Source of the DNA: a virus
Taxonomy: Duplodnaviria; Caudoviricetes
Length of the DNA stretch: 57,092 bases
Virus record (IMG/VR): IMGVR_UViG_3300043446_004177
Coordinates: 1-57,092 of that record
Reading direction: 5' to 3' (one strand)
Every line of letters starts with the position of its first letter. The stretch's first letter is position 1. Position numbers and translations under genes: made by a program. This document shows, piece by piece, positions 45,001 through 53,819 of the stretch. The notes under the pieces are model-generated. The model was given only the letters and a program-made list of their open reading frames with translations. It had not been told where the DNA came from and did not search any database.

Positions 45001-46681
45001 CACCCGTTGTGGCGGATGAAGGTGTAAGACCCGTTGTGCCTGCGGAGAATGATGTAACACCCGCGCCAGACGGAATAGACGACGACCAAGTTGGCGCGCC
45101 GCCAGTAGTAGCAACGAGGATTTGTCCTGTCGTGCCTGCCGCAGTTGTTGCCATCGCTGATGTAGTTGATCCGTAGACCACACCGTATTGCGTCAAGGCA
45201 GTTGATTGACCTGTTCCACCATTTGTGACGGGAAGGGTTCCTGTCACGCCCGCCGTAAGGCTTATTTGTTGATAAGAAGGAGCCGCACCTGCTCCATTTG
45301 AAATAAGAGCGTAATTTGCTGTTCCTGCATTTAGTTTTGAAAGAGCGCTTGCGGTTGAAGCATAAAGTAAATCGCCAATAGTGTAGGTTGACTGACCCGT
45401 GCCGCCATAAGATGCGGCAATTGTTGATGCATTCCATGTACCCGCAGTAAGCGTTCCTACGCCTGTTATGCCAGTATATGAGCCGCTAATTCTTGCTGAC
45501 GCAATTGTTCCAGAAGAAATTTGAGAAGCGGCGATGCTAATTGATACATCAGTTGCAGAAGTAATCTGCCCTTGAGCATTAACAATAATTTGAGGAACAG
45601 TTGCTGCGCCACCATATGTGGCTGCCGTAACGCCTGTATTTGCGATGCTAACAGTTCCAGAAACAGTAATCGGCCCACCAGTAAGACCAGTCCCTGTATT
45701 GACAGCTGTCACTGTTCCAGCGCCAGTGATTGTTGTCCAAGAAGGAGCTACGCCAGCGCCGTTTGTTGTTAGCAATTGTCCAGCTGTGCCGGGGGTTAAT
45801 TGCGTCCAACCTGAAACGCCGCGATAAAAAAATGAACCGACTGTGTTGCCGAAAGCAACATCCATAACTGATGATAAAGAAACGCCTGATGGGGCGGCTG
45901 GTCCTGTTGATGAGTTACCGACAACATAGCCGCCAGAGATTGAAGCCAAGGAAATTGTACGATTGGCCGTAAGATCTCCGCCGCCTGACAAGCCTGTGCC
46001 CGCAGAAATTGTTATCGTGTTGCTTGCTGCGCCAATATTTGATGGGGTGATTGTAATATTGGATGCGCTTGTTATGCGGCCATATGAATCAACTGTAATT
46101 TGCGGCAAAACGGTTGTCGAGCCGTATGTTGATGCGGTGACACCTGTTGTTGTGAGTGCAATTGTGCCCGTTGTTGTGATTGGCCCACCCGTAAGACCCG
46201 CGCCTGTCGCGACAGATGTGACAGATCCTGTGCCGTATGACTGAGCCTTGACGAAGGCAGTCGTGGCAATTTTGGTTGAATTATCCAAAGATGTCGGCGT
46301 TGGAGCCGTTGGCGTGCCTGTAAAAGCAGGGGATGCCAAAGGCGCGGCCCCCATGGCTGATCGAGCTTGTGATGCCGTCAAATCTTGAGGGTTTGTTGAA
46401 CCAGAAGTATTGTTGCCCTTGATGGTAAATGCCGCCATAGGGGCAAGATAAGTATTTGTCACGCCATCATTGTTAAGACCGATTGTACCAGTTGTCGTGA
46501 TTGTGCCGCCAGATAAAGGCGCATCAGCCGTTATTGATGTTACGGTGCCGCCATTAGCATTAAGGTCGGCAATAGCTTGCGTGGTTGTGCGTGCTGAAAT
46601 CCCGCCTTGAACAACGGCGACTTCTTCTGATCCGTTTAATGAAGTTACTGATGGGAGGTTTGTTGTAGTCGTATTTGCCAT
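42026..46681 (-). CDS. Long tail fibre protein
   Basis: 1551 aa; SPAFTGTPTAPT..IATTAFV, repeated GTVT.V.TG.GL.GGPIT..GT, GGTG repeats and (ER)MRI.SSGNVGIGT repeats. Confidence 0.85.
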   Translation of the reverse strand: MANTTTTNLPSVTSLNGSEEVAVVQGGISARTTTQAIADLNANGGTVTSITADAPLSGGTITTTGTIGLNNDGVTNTYLAPMAAFTIKGNNTSGSTNPQDLTASQARSAMGAAPLASPAFTGTPTAPTPTSLDNSTKIATTAFVKAQSYGTGSVTSVATGAGLTGGPITTTGTIALTTTGVTASTYGSTTVLPQITVDSYGRITSASNITITPSNIGAASNTITISAGTGLSGGGDLTANRTISLASISGGYVVGNSSTGPAAPSGVSLSSVMDVAFGNTVGSFFYRGVSGWTQLTPGTAGQLLTTNGAGVAPSWTTITGAGTVTAVNTGTGLTGGPITVSGTVSIANTGVTAATYGGAATVPQIIVNAQGQITSATDVSISIAASQISSGTIASARISGSYTGITGVGTLTAGTWNASTIAASYGGTGQSTYTIGDLLYASTASALSKLNAGTANYALISNGAGAAPSYQQISLTAGVTGTLPVTNGGTGQSTALTQYGVVYGSTTSAMATTAAGTTGQILVATTGGAPTWSSSIPSGAGVTSFSAGTTGLTPSSATTGAVTLAGTLGVGNGGTGLTSYTTGDLLYASGAATIAKLADVATGSVLVSGGVGVAPSYSATPTLTSLTAATIIGGTAASSALTLQSTSGVGTSDAISFKVGNNGATTAMTINTSGNVGIGTASPATLLHVSGSSTTAIGRIANTGAGATSFDGSGAGLELLAGGMNTTSKYTPAIKFGSTDPDFTTTNPKFGASIIASAAQTQSSDTTGGMNLEFWTAPINPGTGSGLVERMRIDSSGNVGIGTAAPAAILDVYQSSIGTYLRAGTSSTGRQLLFTSSTTTNAGDTHTINASSASGIIAFATNSTEAMRIRTDGGVSIGGTGNPAVTLQLTKNITGSTTAYGIYSTGTVQSDVTSSAFNIQSIANIASGATPTNYTHFRATEGTISGSMTNQFGFDVVNDLISATTNYGFRAQDTAAVGAGKTSYGFYSAINTATGGGTTYGFYANGTANNVMPNLSGGIAASSTLTLQSTTGAGTTDAIIFKTASQSERMRINTSGNLLIGSSTSYDTVASSTAITPRIQVHGISLNTSSLGQYGWNANPYYTFNKSGGAIGTYTAVASGDALGQIQFNGTDGTSFVKSSLIRSSADATPSTGIVQGRLQFYTADSTGALIECMRIASTGQVNIGTQNASNVNDIFQIGDSNTNIGIITSTTINGIGLRYDAPTTATGTQRGLMVAFNGGDSASAYTTSSVTGITALTYAKGTNQTVTNAYGIYVDNVTAASSNNYGIYISTPSGATNNYAIYSNGGINFFNGSVGVGTTSPTAELHIAAGAAAANSAPLKFTSGTNLTTPEAGVVEYDGTIMTATTNTNFKRGTIPITNYTSGVGTSLTATSETTLQVLLPSANDTITLSVGTYFIDLSCTFTRGTVSTTSSQARINLLGTGNAVGTFSGMSLSSPTEGGATANFSFNAVNISTSNIVTAASTTASGVYTITLRGILKITTQGTIIPQYNLSANLTSAGTATTPRVLYFNLQQLDTQSAAAFGPAGTGWG

Positions 46682-46684
46682 AAA

Positions 46685-47410
46685 TCAAACCCCTGTTTGC
46701 GGTATTTGGGTATATCCATAAGGCAACCCAACCAAGGCCGTAACCATCAATGTCGTGCTTTGCAGCAATCCCCCAGCAGGTATAGCATTTGTTACCTCAT
46801 AGGTGAAGGCTGTCGCTGTGGTTACTGTAATACTGTAAAAACCGTCTGCGGCATTATTTGTAAGCCCCTCAACGGCAATTTGGTCATTTGTTGAAAGCCC
46901 ATGTGCCGCAGGGCATGTCACGGTAATAACCGTTGTACCATTTGCGGTGACTGAAAGCGGGTTTAAATTAACGCGATAAGCTGTTGTGCCATAAAGAGGC
47001 ATAACAGCGTTTTGATCCAGCCCGACAGGAGGCCCGATTGGCTGGGTTGTCATGGGTTCGCCTGATTCGGTCGTTATGACGGTTGTGGAAGGGATTGGGA
47101 TCCCCGTCACTGGGTCATAAACCGTTGCTGCGGATGTTGTCATATAATCTGTTTCGGCGGCTGCGTAATCCTGAACGCGCGGGTTCTGGATAGGCACGGG
47201 ATCAGCAGGGAGCACAATCGCGCGCAACTGAGCTTGCGGCGTATCAAGGCAAGGATTGCAAACAAGAATGCGCTTGTTGATCAGGCCTGCGCCAGCATAG
47301 TCAAATTGCCATTGCAGGCGCTCATGGTTGTAAAGAAACCCGCACCGATCGCATATGCCAAATGCGCGGGGATTTCTTGATGATACTGACGCGCGGCCAT
47401 GAGGTCTCAA
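46685..47410 (-). CDS. Virion protein with N-terminal CxxC..CxxC and a C-terminal beta domain
   Basis: CDRCGF..VCNPCLD.PQ.QL..DP....PR; TVT..AHGL..D.I. Confidence 0.7.
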   Translation of the reverse strand: MRPHGRASVSSRNPRAFGICDRCGFLYNHERLQWQFDYAGAGLINKRILVCNPCLDTPQAQLRAIVLPADPVPIQNPRVQDYAAAETDYMTTSAATVYDPVTGIPIPSTTVITTESGEPMTTQPIGPPVGLDQNAVMPLYGTTAYRVNLNPLSVTANGTTVITVTCPAAHGLSTNDQIAVEGLTNNAADGFYSITVTTATAFTYEVTNAIPAGGLLQSTTLMVTALVGLPYGYTQIPQTGV

Positions 47411-48126
47411 CGGAAGTATCCTTGGATCTGCGGCGAGATATATTGCTGCGCCGTTTCAACGTTTTGTTCTGCAGCTATAGCATAAGCCTCGTCAGCGAGT
47501 GGCTTCAATAGCATAGCTTTCTGCGGGTTCCAGATCAAAGCCAAACGTTGCGCCAAACCAAATGCTGCGGCTTCGAGCCAGAGATAGGGGATCTCGACGG
47601 TCTGCCCATTTGTGAACGCGCTGTCTTGGATTTGGCGCACACGGTAATATTTTAGCGTCTGCGCCGAAGTGCCGTCTGGAACGGGCCATAACGTAACAGA
47701 CGGACCTGTAGAGCCAGTTGATCGAGCCGAGCTGATCAAACGATCAAACCAAAACACAGTTGGGAAGCCCTGCTGATCCTTGTTTGGATATGACGCATAT
47801 TCTGTGCGCGACACAGGCATGATGATGCGATCAATCGGCTGCGATCCTGTGGTTGTTTCGCAATAGGCATCAAGCATGACAACAGTGTCTGCAGGCACCG
47901 AGTAAGTTGCCGTGCCTTGAACCAATGTAACCGTTTGCAAATCAACGGCCCAAAGATTAACGCCGCGGTTTGACCAGTTTGAGAGCATCATGTTCATCGC
48001 CATACGGGCGGATTCAAAATGCTCTTGAGCTAGTGCGGTGTTGCGAATTTCTGCAAGATTGAATGCATAAAGCGTCAATTCGCCGAGCGATGGATTGAAA
48101 TTATATGTTGCGCTCGTTGCCATCAA
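47407..48126 (-). CDS. Head-completion / adaptor-like protein
   Basis: SAR..N.ML..W.NRG.NLW, SR.EY...PNK..QG.P, LWPVPD. Confidence 0.65.
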   Translation of the reverse strand: MMATSATYNFNPSLGELTLYAFNLAEIRNTALAQEHFESARMAMNMMLSNWSNRGVNLWAVDLQTVTLVQGTATYSVPADTVVMLDAYCETTTGSQPIDRIIMPVSRTEYASYPNKDQQGFPTVFWFDRLISSARSTGSTGPSVTLWPVPDGTSAQTLKYYRVRQIQDSAFTNGQTVEIPYLWLEAAAFGLAQRLALIWNPQKAMLLKPLADEAYAIAAEQNVETAQQYISPQIQGYFR

Positions 48127-48127
48127 A

Positions 48128-48670
48128 TCACCTGATCTGTTGTGCGGTCATGATAATTGAAGGGATTGCTGGATTATTTACGCCTGCAACTGCCGCATCA
48201 ACTCCAATATTAGCATTATCCGTCATAAAAATAAGCTCAACATATTGCAGAGCATTGACTTGAACGATGAAGTTCCAAGCTGCAACAACGTAAGGCGCGT
48301 TTGTCGGCACAGTTACTTTTGTGTCTGAATCGGCAATGTTTGTCCCGTCTAATCTGAACCAGATATTGACAGTATTACCAGCGCCGCCACCGCCATTATT
48401 ATGTAGCTGACAAGAAAATTGGATGTTGTATACGCCAGCATTGGCAAACGTCATCCTGCTTTTTGTGCCGCTTGTTCCTGTCTCCATTGTAACGCCAGCC
48501 GAATAGGCTGTGTTTTCACAATAGAGCCTTAGCGGTGTATTTGCCCCATCTGATTGGCTTGTGCTTGAGTAAAAGGAGCCGTAATAGCCCTGATAAGAGC
48601 TAATTGCCCCACCGCCAGAGGATGGGTCAACAAGAGTAAGTCCTGATCCTGCGATCGTAAGGCCACTCAT
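48128..48670 (-). CDS. Beta-sandwich (C1q/BclA-like) virion protein
   Basis: YYGSFY, AGVYNIQFS.QL, IWFR.DG, AAWNF, P.IPSII. Confidence 0.6.
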   Translation of the reverse strand: MSGLTIAGSGLTLVDPSSGGGAISSYQGYYGSFYSSTSQSDGANTPLRLYCENTAYSAGVTMETGTSGTKSRMTFANAGVYNIQFSCQLHNNGGGGAGNTVNIWFRLDGTNIADSDTKVTVPTNAPYVVAAWNFIVQVNALQYVELIFMTDNANIGVDAAVAGVNNPAIPSIIMTAQQIR

Positions 48671-49020
48671 TTTGGCACCGAACTAGCTTGAACAAATGTT
48701 GCAGTGACAGAGCCAGAGCCGCTATTCAAAACAACTCTGCAAAATAGAGGAGCAAATTGATAGTTTGTTTGCTTTGAACCTGTAGCACCAACAACGTTTG
48801 TGTCAGCACAATTGATCCAAGTCATGCTACCCTCTGCGACAGGATTTGTCGGAGAGTTTGGGTCGTCCATGCTTTGCTGAAGCGTATAGTTTACCGTTCC
48901 AGAGACATTTAACTGAACGCCAACCTGCCCCGGTGCCCATTCATCAAAACGAACAAGGTTGCTGTATTTTACAACACTGGATGCATCAGAAACTGTGACA
49001 GTTATGGGTCGCATTACCAA
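48667..49020 (-). CDS. Small beta-sandwich virion protein
   Basis: Y.LQ.S.DD..W..R...SG.G...F.QA pattern shared with 49027..49350. Confidence 0.7.
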   Translation of the reverse strand: MVMRPITVTVSDASSVVKYSNLVRFDEWAPGQVGVQLNVSGTVNYTLQQSMDDPNSPTNPVAEGSMTWINCADTNVVGATGSKQTNYQFAPLFCRVVLNSGSGSVTATFVQASSVPK

Positions 49021-49026
49021 ACCTCA

Positions 49027-49350
49027 TTAACGTTCGCCAGCTTGCTGAAAGTAAACTGTCATTGATCCTGTGCTAGCCGATACATTCAAACGCATACCGC
49101 GGCATGGGATTGTAAACGAGTTAGAAACGGCAGTTGAACCTGATGTTCCGCTAACCGTAAACCACGTTGCACTTCCTGCGCTAAACCCTTCAGCCGTGAT
49201 GTCATCAAATGTGTATTCAATTTTGAAAGTCGCAGTGGCAGAAATTGTCGTGCCATAGCCAACATTGAATGGCGCTTGGAAGTTGTCACAAGCAAAGATC
49301 GGGCTCGTACCTGCGCCCGTAACTGTATATGAAATGTTCGGCATCGACAT
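49027..49350 (-). CDS. Small beta-sandwich virion protein
   Basis: PFNVG, EYTFDD..W..P....RL..G.....QAG. Confidence 0.7.
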   Translation of the reverse strand: MSMPNISYTVTGAGTSPIFACDNFQAPFNVGYGTTISATATFKIEYTFDDITAEGFSAGSATWFTVSGTSGSTAVSNSFTIPCRGMRLNVSASTGSMTVYFQQAGER

Positions 49351-49352
49351 GA

Positions 49353-49517
49353 TTATTTGCCTTTCTTGGCGCGTGCTGCGGCGGCGTTGTCGACCAAATT
49401 TGGATACGGTCGACCAGCTGCGCGTGCGCGTGCTTTAGCGGATTGCATCTGCTTGTGCGACAGATGCTTTGTGTGATGATCTTTGGGAAGATCTTTGTCC
49501 CAGAATGCCTTTTCCAT
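49353..49517 (-). CDS. Small basic protein (54 aa), not in the ORF track
   Basis: MEKAFWDKDLPKDHHTKHLSHKQMQSAKARARAAGRPYPNLVDNAAAARAKKGK; TGATG coupling; fills the gap. Confidence 0.75.
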   Translation of the reverse strand: MEKAFWDKDLPKDHHTKHLSHKQMQSAKARARAAGRPYPNLVDNAAAARAKKGK

Positions 49518-49759
49518 CAGCAACCCCACTTGCGAAGAGCTTTATTGATTCGGCTATCAGGATCAGCAGCCTTTGCAGAACCTGTCATTTTGCGCTTCAT
49601 GCCTGTCATTCTAGCACAGAAATTGTCGTGGCGCGGATTATCTTTATCTTTTGTCGGCGCTTTTAGATTGTGGCCTTCCGCGCGAGCAGATGCTCTGCCC
49701 TTTTCATTAAGCCCACCAGAAGGGGATTTGCCTTCTTTGCGTGTCCAAGCTGCAGTCAT
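49517..49759 (-). CDS. Small basic protein (DUF6321-like)
   Basis: AWTRKEGK...GGLN.KGRAS..FCARM.G..SRINKALRKW.C. Confidence 0.75.
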   Translation of the reverse strand: MTAAWTRKEGKSPSGGLNEKGRASARAEGHNLKAPTKDKDNPRHDNFCARMTGMKRKMTGSAKAADPDSRINKALRKWGC

Positions 49760-49808
49760 GGTTCACCCCCTATAATTGAGGAAGGGGGGCCGAAGCCCCC
49801 CGACCAGA

Positions 49809-50081
49809 TCAGTTCATCTGCATGTTGCGGCCCTTTGGGGCCGTTCCAGCGTGAGCTGAAGAAAGCGGGTTCATATTTGAACCCGTGCGGCCACCCGACT
49901 TGCGTGGGGCACGGTCTGCACGATGTGCAGACTTATGGCCGTGCATTGCGGCGTGCTTTTTAGCTTTGCCACCATGCTTGCGCTCTTTAGCTTCCTTGAC
50001 AACATTTGAACCTGCACCAGCATAAACTTCGCTAGGTGCCTTATCATCGGCGACTACGCCGCCCGTTTTACGACCCTTCAT
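49809..50081 (-). CDS. Small basic protein with three RKxGG motifs
   Basis: RKTGG, RKHGG, RKSGG; AGGAG RBS. Confidence 0.75.
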   Translation of the reverse strand: MKGRKTGGVVADDKAPSEVYAGAGSNVVKEAKERKHGGKAKKHAAMHGHKSAHRADRAPRKSGGRTGSNMNPLSSAHAGTAPKGRNMQMN

Positions 50082-50093
50082 ATCAGGCTCCTA

Positions 50094-50576
50094 TTAAGTG
50101 TACTGGCCGTTGGTAAAGCCGTTGATTCCTTGCAAATATCTTACAATCAATTTGCCGACACCAGCGGTGCCTGCGCTTGATTTGACATAGATATTTACAT
50201 CTTGTGTGTTGCTAGAATTATTCCAGTTTGCAATCAAAGATGTAACAGGGACTGTGTACATGCCTTGAACCAAACTCGCAGCAGCAATGGCGGAAGCAAG
50301 TTCATTGGACGTTGTTGACGTGCCAATTGAGAGCGTGCCACCTGACCACCCTGTAGTTACAGCAACACGAATATCAATGATCTGGCTTTGAGCTGGGATC
50401 ACGATAGACGTTGCGGCTGCAGTTGAGGACTGCGTAATGCTAGCAACTTGCGCCATAACACAGAAGCCTACATTCTGGATTCCGCTATACCCGCCGACCC
50501 CGGCAAGATTGCCAGAGCCGTCAGAGTTGAGGACATTCCCTGCCAGAAGTGGGCCAGTGAATACTGAACTACCCAT
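50094..50576 (-). CDS. Putative capsid decoration/cement protein
   Basis: F.GP N-terminus; IPAQSQIIDI.V.VTT..LSIGT; directly after the major capsid gene. Confidence 0.65.
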   Translation of the reverse strand: MGSSVFTGPLLAGNVLNSDGSGNLAGVGGYSGIQNVGFCVMAQVASITQSSTAAATSIVIPAQSQIIDIRVAVTTGWSGGTLSIGTSTTSNELASAIAAASLVQGMYTVPVTSLIANWNNSSNTQDVNIYVKSSAGTAGVGKLIVRYLQGINGFTNGQYT

Positions 50577-50620
50577 TTGAATATCCTTTCTGGAAATCGA
50601 CGAAACGTTTCACAACATTC

Positions 50621-51535
50621 TTACGAAGTTGGGAACGAACCGTAGATACTTCTCCAATTATAATATCCAAACGAATAACGCTCGTAACCTTTTACAAGAA
50701 GATTGTCTGTCACGAAATCAACTTGCATATCTGTTTCGAAGCGAATGCGTTCCATATAGGACAAGCCATCAATGTTGGTCAGCAAGAACCATGCATACGA
50801 AGAGGTCAAGAAATCGTTGACCATGTAACCTTCGGGCAAGCCCCCGGCCGTGGTCAATATCGCGTTGACATCGTTGTCTGCAGTGCCCGGACGCAGTTCT
50901 GTCTTTGTAAGACGAATTGCAACAGGCTCAAGCTGCGGCGGAACAACAAGCTTGCGAGCGCGTGCAAACACTTTCAAGCCTGCTTGATCTTTGAAGTTCG
51001 TACGGACTGCGATCATCGCATTCAGCAAGGTTGCTTCGTTAAGATCAACATCAGTTGAAGGTTTGTTTGCAACAGTACCGCCGTCGATCGGATGGTTCGT
51101 AGCGCAGAGCGCAACGCCGTCACCGCCGATAGCAGCATTGTACGTCGTAGCTGTGTTGAGAATATTCGCGCCGTAGATTTCCTTGGTCTGTTGAAACGAT
51201 TCAATAAGACCGAGGTTCGACGGAGCAAACTGGCTCTTGTAGAGGTTATCATCGATCGCCTTGCGGGTGATCGCGTAGCCGAGAGCAATTTCAGTATGCT
51301 CTTGGTTGTAAACAAAACGTTCGCCAGCATTGTTATCAAATGCAGTCTGACCACCTTCGGTCTTGAGCTGCGCGAGGCCGAGGTAGCGCATTTCTGCGGT
51401 ACGTTCGAGAGCCATCTTTGAGTCATGCTTGGTGAAGATCTTGTCGTATTGCGACGGGATCATCTCATATTTGCCTTCGACACCGCGAAGACCGGGGAGG
51501 AGAAGATCCTTGATCTGTGAAAGATTAACAGCCAT
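50621..51535 (-). CDS. Major capsid protein
   Basis: 304 aa; LLPGL, KTEG, ALGYAIT.KAIDDNLY, GDGVAL...HP, LVVPPQL, ERYSFG...WR..YG. Confidence 0.85.
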   Translation of the reverse strand: MAVNLSQIKDLLLPGLRGVEGKYEMIPSQYDKIFTKHDSKMALERTAEMRYLGLAQLKTEGGQTAFDNNAGERFVYNQEHTEIALGYAITRKAIDDNLYKSQFAPSNLGLIESFQQTKEIYGANILNTATTYNAAIGGDGVALCATNHPIDGGTVANKPSTDVDLNEATLLNAMIAVRTNFKDQAGLKVFARARKLVVPPQLEPVAIRLTKTELRPGTADNDVNAILTTAGGLPEGYMVNDFLTSSYAWFLLTNIDGLSYMERIRFETDMQVDFVTDNLLVKGYERYSFGYYNWRSIYGSFPTS

Positions 51536-51550
51536 TGGTCTTTACTCCTC

Positions 51551-52177
51551 TTACGAAATACCAGTCGGGCCAGCGCCGTTACTGCGGAAGATTTCGTTGT
51601 TAAAGCCAACGATCACGTTGCAGTACTGAGAGGTGGGGTCGCCACCGTTTGCGCCAGATTGATACTGATAATCGACGATGATGAATGGGAAAGTAACCGT
51701 CGTGCCGACTGAAGAAAGATAAGCAGCCGACGTGCCCGTGCTTGTATTACCAGAGCCAATAGTGAACTGAGCGTATTGGCCTTGAACACCAGATGTCTGG
51801 GTTGCCAACGTGCCCGTAATCGGGAAGGAAGCACCAGAAGTCTGTACAAGGAAGCGAGCGTTCGGGTTGTCAATGACATAAGCCGTCACGTCACCCGTAG
51901 CATCCGATCCCGGCCAGTAGCGCGACCAGACGGTACGCTTCTGAGAGGTCGAAAGATAAGAGCAACCAACGAAGATGCCAGCAAGTGCCGTAGATCCTGC
52001 AGCCGCCTGCGTAATATATCCATTGGCAGTCGAGACAACAGGCATCACGGGATCACCCGTAAAAATTGGAGTCGTATTGGAAGATGCAATGCGACGGGTC
52101 GACTGTGCAAAAGTCGGAGCGCCGCCTGCGCCACCATAATACTCCAAGAAGCCGAAAGGCGCAGAAGTATTCGCCAT
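51551..52177 (-). CDS. Putative minor capsid/decoration protein
   Basis: MAN..APFG, IFTGDPV, GIFVGC.Y, YWP, AYVIDNP; directly upstream of the major capsid gene. Confidence 0.7.
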   Translation of the reverse strand: MANTSAPFGFLEYYGGAGGAPTFAQSTRRIASSNTTPIFTGDPVMPVVSTANGYITQAAAGSTALAGIFVGCSYLSTSQKRTVWSRYWPGSDATGDVTAYVIDNPNARFLVQTSGASFPITGTLATQTSGVQGQYAQFTIGSGNTSTGTSAAYLSSVGTTVTFPFIIVDYQYQSGANGGDPTSQYCNVIVGFNNEIFRSNGAGPTGIS

Positions 52178-52208
52178 GACGGTATTCTCCTTTCAGAGAG
52201 TTCCATCA

Positions 52209-52269
52209 TCGCACAGCGGGGCGACTAAGAAACAGGGGATGGTTAAAATCTCCCACAGCGGGGGGAGAT
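52209..52269 (-). promoter_or_regulatory. Twin leader hairpins with the identical loop CCCGCUGU
   Basis: On the minus strand: ATCTCCC-CCCGCTGT-GGGAGAT (52248-52269) and TCGC-CCCGCTGT-GCGA (52209-52224). Confidence 0.55.
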
Positions 52270-52297
52270 GAGCAATTGCGGATAGTATACTTAGTTT

Positions 52298-52326
52298 AAA
52301 AAAAAGAAAAGGGGGCCGAAGCCCCC
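52298..52326 (-). terminator. Intrinsic terminator
   Basis: GGGGGC-TTCG-GCCCCC-TTTTCTTTTTTTT. Confidence 0.85.
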
Positions 52327-52335
52327 ATTTCAAGA

Positions 52336-52896
52336 TCATTGTTCAGGGATTGAAGTATCATACGCCTTGGAGATTTTAGGGGCAATTTGAGCGTCTTCGC
52401 GAGATATAATGCCGCCTTTGCCTTTGGGATCCATTTGGCCTGCCTTGATATTTACTTGTTGGCGGGCCTTCATAAGTTCAATTCGGCGCATTTCGTCAGA
52501 GATTTCCTTTGGACGCTCCATAAGCACCTGACCGTCACGTTCAATCGCGCCCGTATAGCCCTTCTGCATCATTTCTGGATGCCGAGAGGCTGGTACTGGC
52601 TCCCAACCTGTGCGGATCAAGTTGTTCATATAAGCTGGGTCTTCCCACCCCATGACGGTTTTGCGTTTCCACTCATACTGCCACCCTTCTGGGGCGGTTG
52701 GGGCATAAAATTTATCAACGCCGTCATCAATATTGCCAAGATGGCCGCGAAGCTCTGCGGCGCGCTTGGCTGCGCGTGCGCGGGGGTCTTCAGAAGCCGC
52801 AGGCTCTGGCCGAACGGTTTCTTCGCGCATGGAAGGACGCTCAATAACCTCTTTTTGCGGTGTTTTTGCTTGTTGAATTTCACTTGCGGAACGCAT
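52336..52896 (-). CDS. Head-module protein
   Basis: PEGWQYEWKR..GWEPVPASRHPE..G.VLMERP; between the scaffold and capsid genes. Confidence 0.7.
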   Translation of the reverse strand: MRSASEIQQAKTPQKEVIERPSMREETVRPEPAASEDPRARAAKRAAELRGHLGNIDDGVDKFYAPTAPEGWQYEWKRKTVMGWEDPAYMNNLIRTGWEPVPASRHPEMMQKGYTGAIERDGQVLMERPKEISDEMRRIELMKARQQVNIKAGQMDPKGKGGIISREDAQIAPKISKAYDTSIPEQ

Positions 52897-52898
52897 GA

Positions 52899-53810
52899 TT
52901 AACCTGCCATCTTTCCAGCCTTTATCAAGGCTTGTTTTTGAAGAGCGTATTCGCGATCGGTCATACCGAAAGCGGCTGCGTGTTCACGTTCTGCTGCCGT
53001 CAGGCGCACAACATTTTGCCTTGTGCCGCTATTATTAGGGACAGATCGTGATACGGGTGCCGCAGGAGGGGCTGATCTGCGTTGTGTTGGTGCTGACGCT
53101 TCTGACAAAACCGACTCCTCTTGTTGCGACTGTTGTTGTTGTTTATTGATGCCCAATCGGCCCTCAATATAATCAAAATACTCATGAGTATCGACTTCGA
53201 TACCGTCATCTAAAGCATCTTGATGTGCGCGAAGAGCCCTATCAAGCTTTCTACTATCAGAAAGCAAATTTTTATGCTCTCTGAGCCATTTGGCTGACTC
53301 TGGAGTTGCCTGAGATGCCAATTTTTCAATTGGATCAGTGATTGCTTGTTGTTTAAGGGCAACTTCATATTGGTTTTTGCCAATAATAAGCTTATCCAGA
53401 TCGCTATTAGCTCTTTGAATCTCAAGCATAATGTTAGCTTGGGAATCTGCATCACCCATAGCAATAGCATCTTTGAGATTTTGTTTTAAAATCTCCGAAT
53501 TGCGCTTCACAGTCTCAATTGCATTGTCAATTAAACGCAAATTGCTATCGTTTTCGTTGTTTTTTGCAACTGCAGCCTGTTCTTGAGCTTCACGATATCG
53601 TTTTTCAGCAACTTCGCGAGCTTTTTTTTCTTCTTCAAGGCGAGCTTTTAATTCGCTTATTCCGTCTTCTATTGAAAGTTCAGGCTCTTTAACTTTAACC
53701 GAAGGTTCTGGAGCTTCTTCAATAATAAGATCGTCTTCTTTTTTCTCGGCCTCCAAAGGTTCAAGATCAAGCTCAAGTTCAATTTGCTCTGTTTTTTGAG
53801 TATTTTCCAT
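52899..53810 (-). CDS. Putative scaffolding protein
   Basis: Acidic coiled coil; C-terminal VRLT..ERE.A..FGMT..EYA..K. Confidence 0.7.
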   Translation of the reverse strand: MENTQKTEQIELELDLEPLEAEKKEDDLIIEEAPEPSVKVKEPELSIEDGISELKARLEEEKKAREVAEKRYREAQEQAAVAKNNENDSNLRLIDNAIETVKRNSEILKQNLKDAIAMGDADSQANIMLEIQRANSDLDKLIIGKNQYEVALKQQAITDPIEKLASQATPESAKWLREHKNLLSDSRKLDRALRAHQDALDDGIEVDTHEYFDYIEGRLGINKQQQQSQQEESVLSEASAPTQRRSAPPAAPVSRSVPNNSGTRQNVVRLTAAEREHAAAFGMTDREYALQKQALIKAGKMAG

Positions 53811-53819
53811 GAGATTTCC

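Noticed and set aside
40077-46681. Diversity-generating retroelement acting on the tail fibres
   Set aside because: I saw no reverse transcriptase gene and no template/variable repeat pair. The fibre repeats are ordinary protein-level repeats.
49785-49801. GGGGGC-TTCG-GCCCCC hairpins at about 49785 and 10441 as terminators
   Set aside because: They have the same stem as the 52311 terminator but lack a clear U-tract on the coding strand. They may be stabilising or pausing hairpins, so I did not call them.
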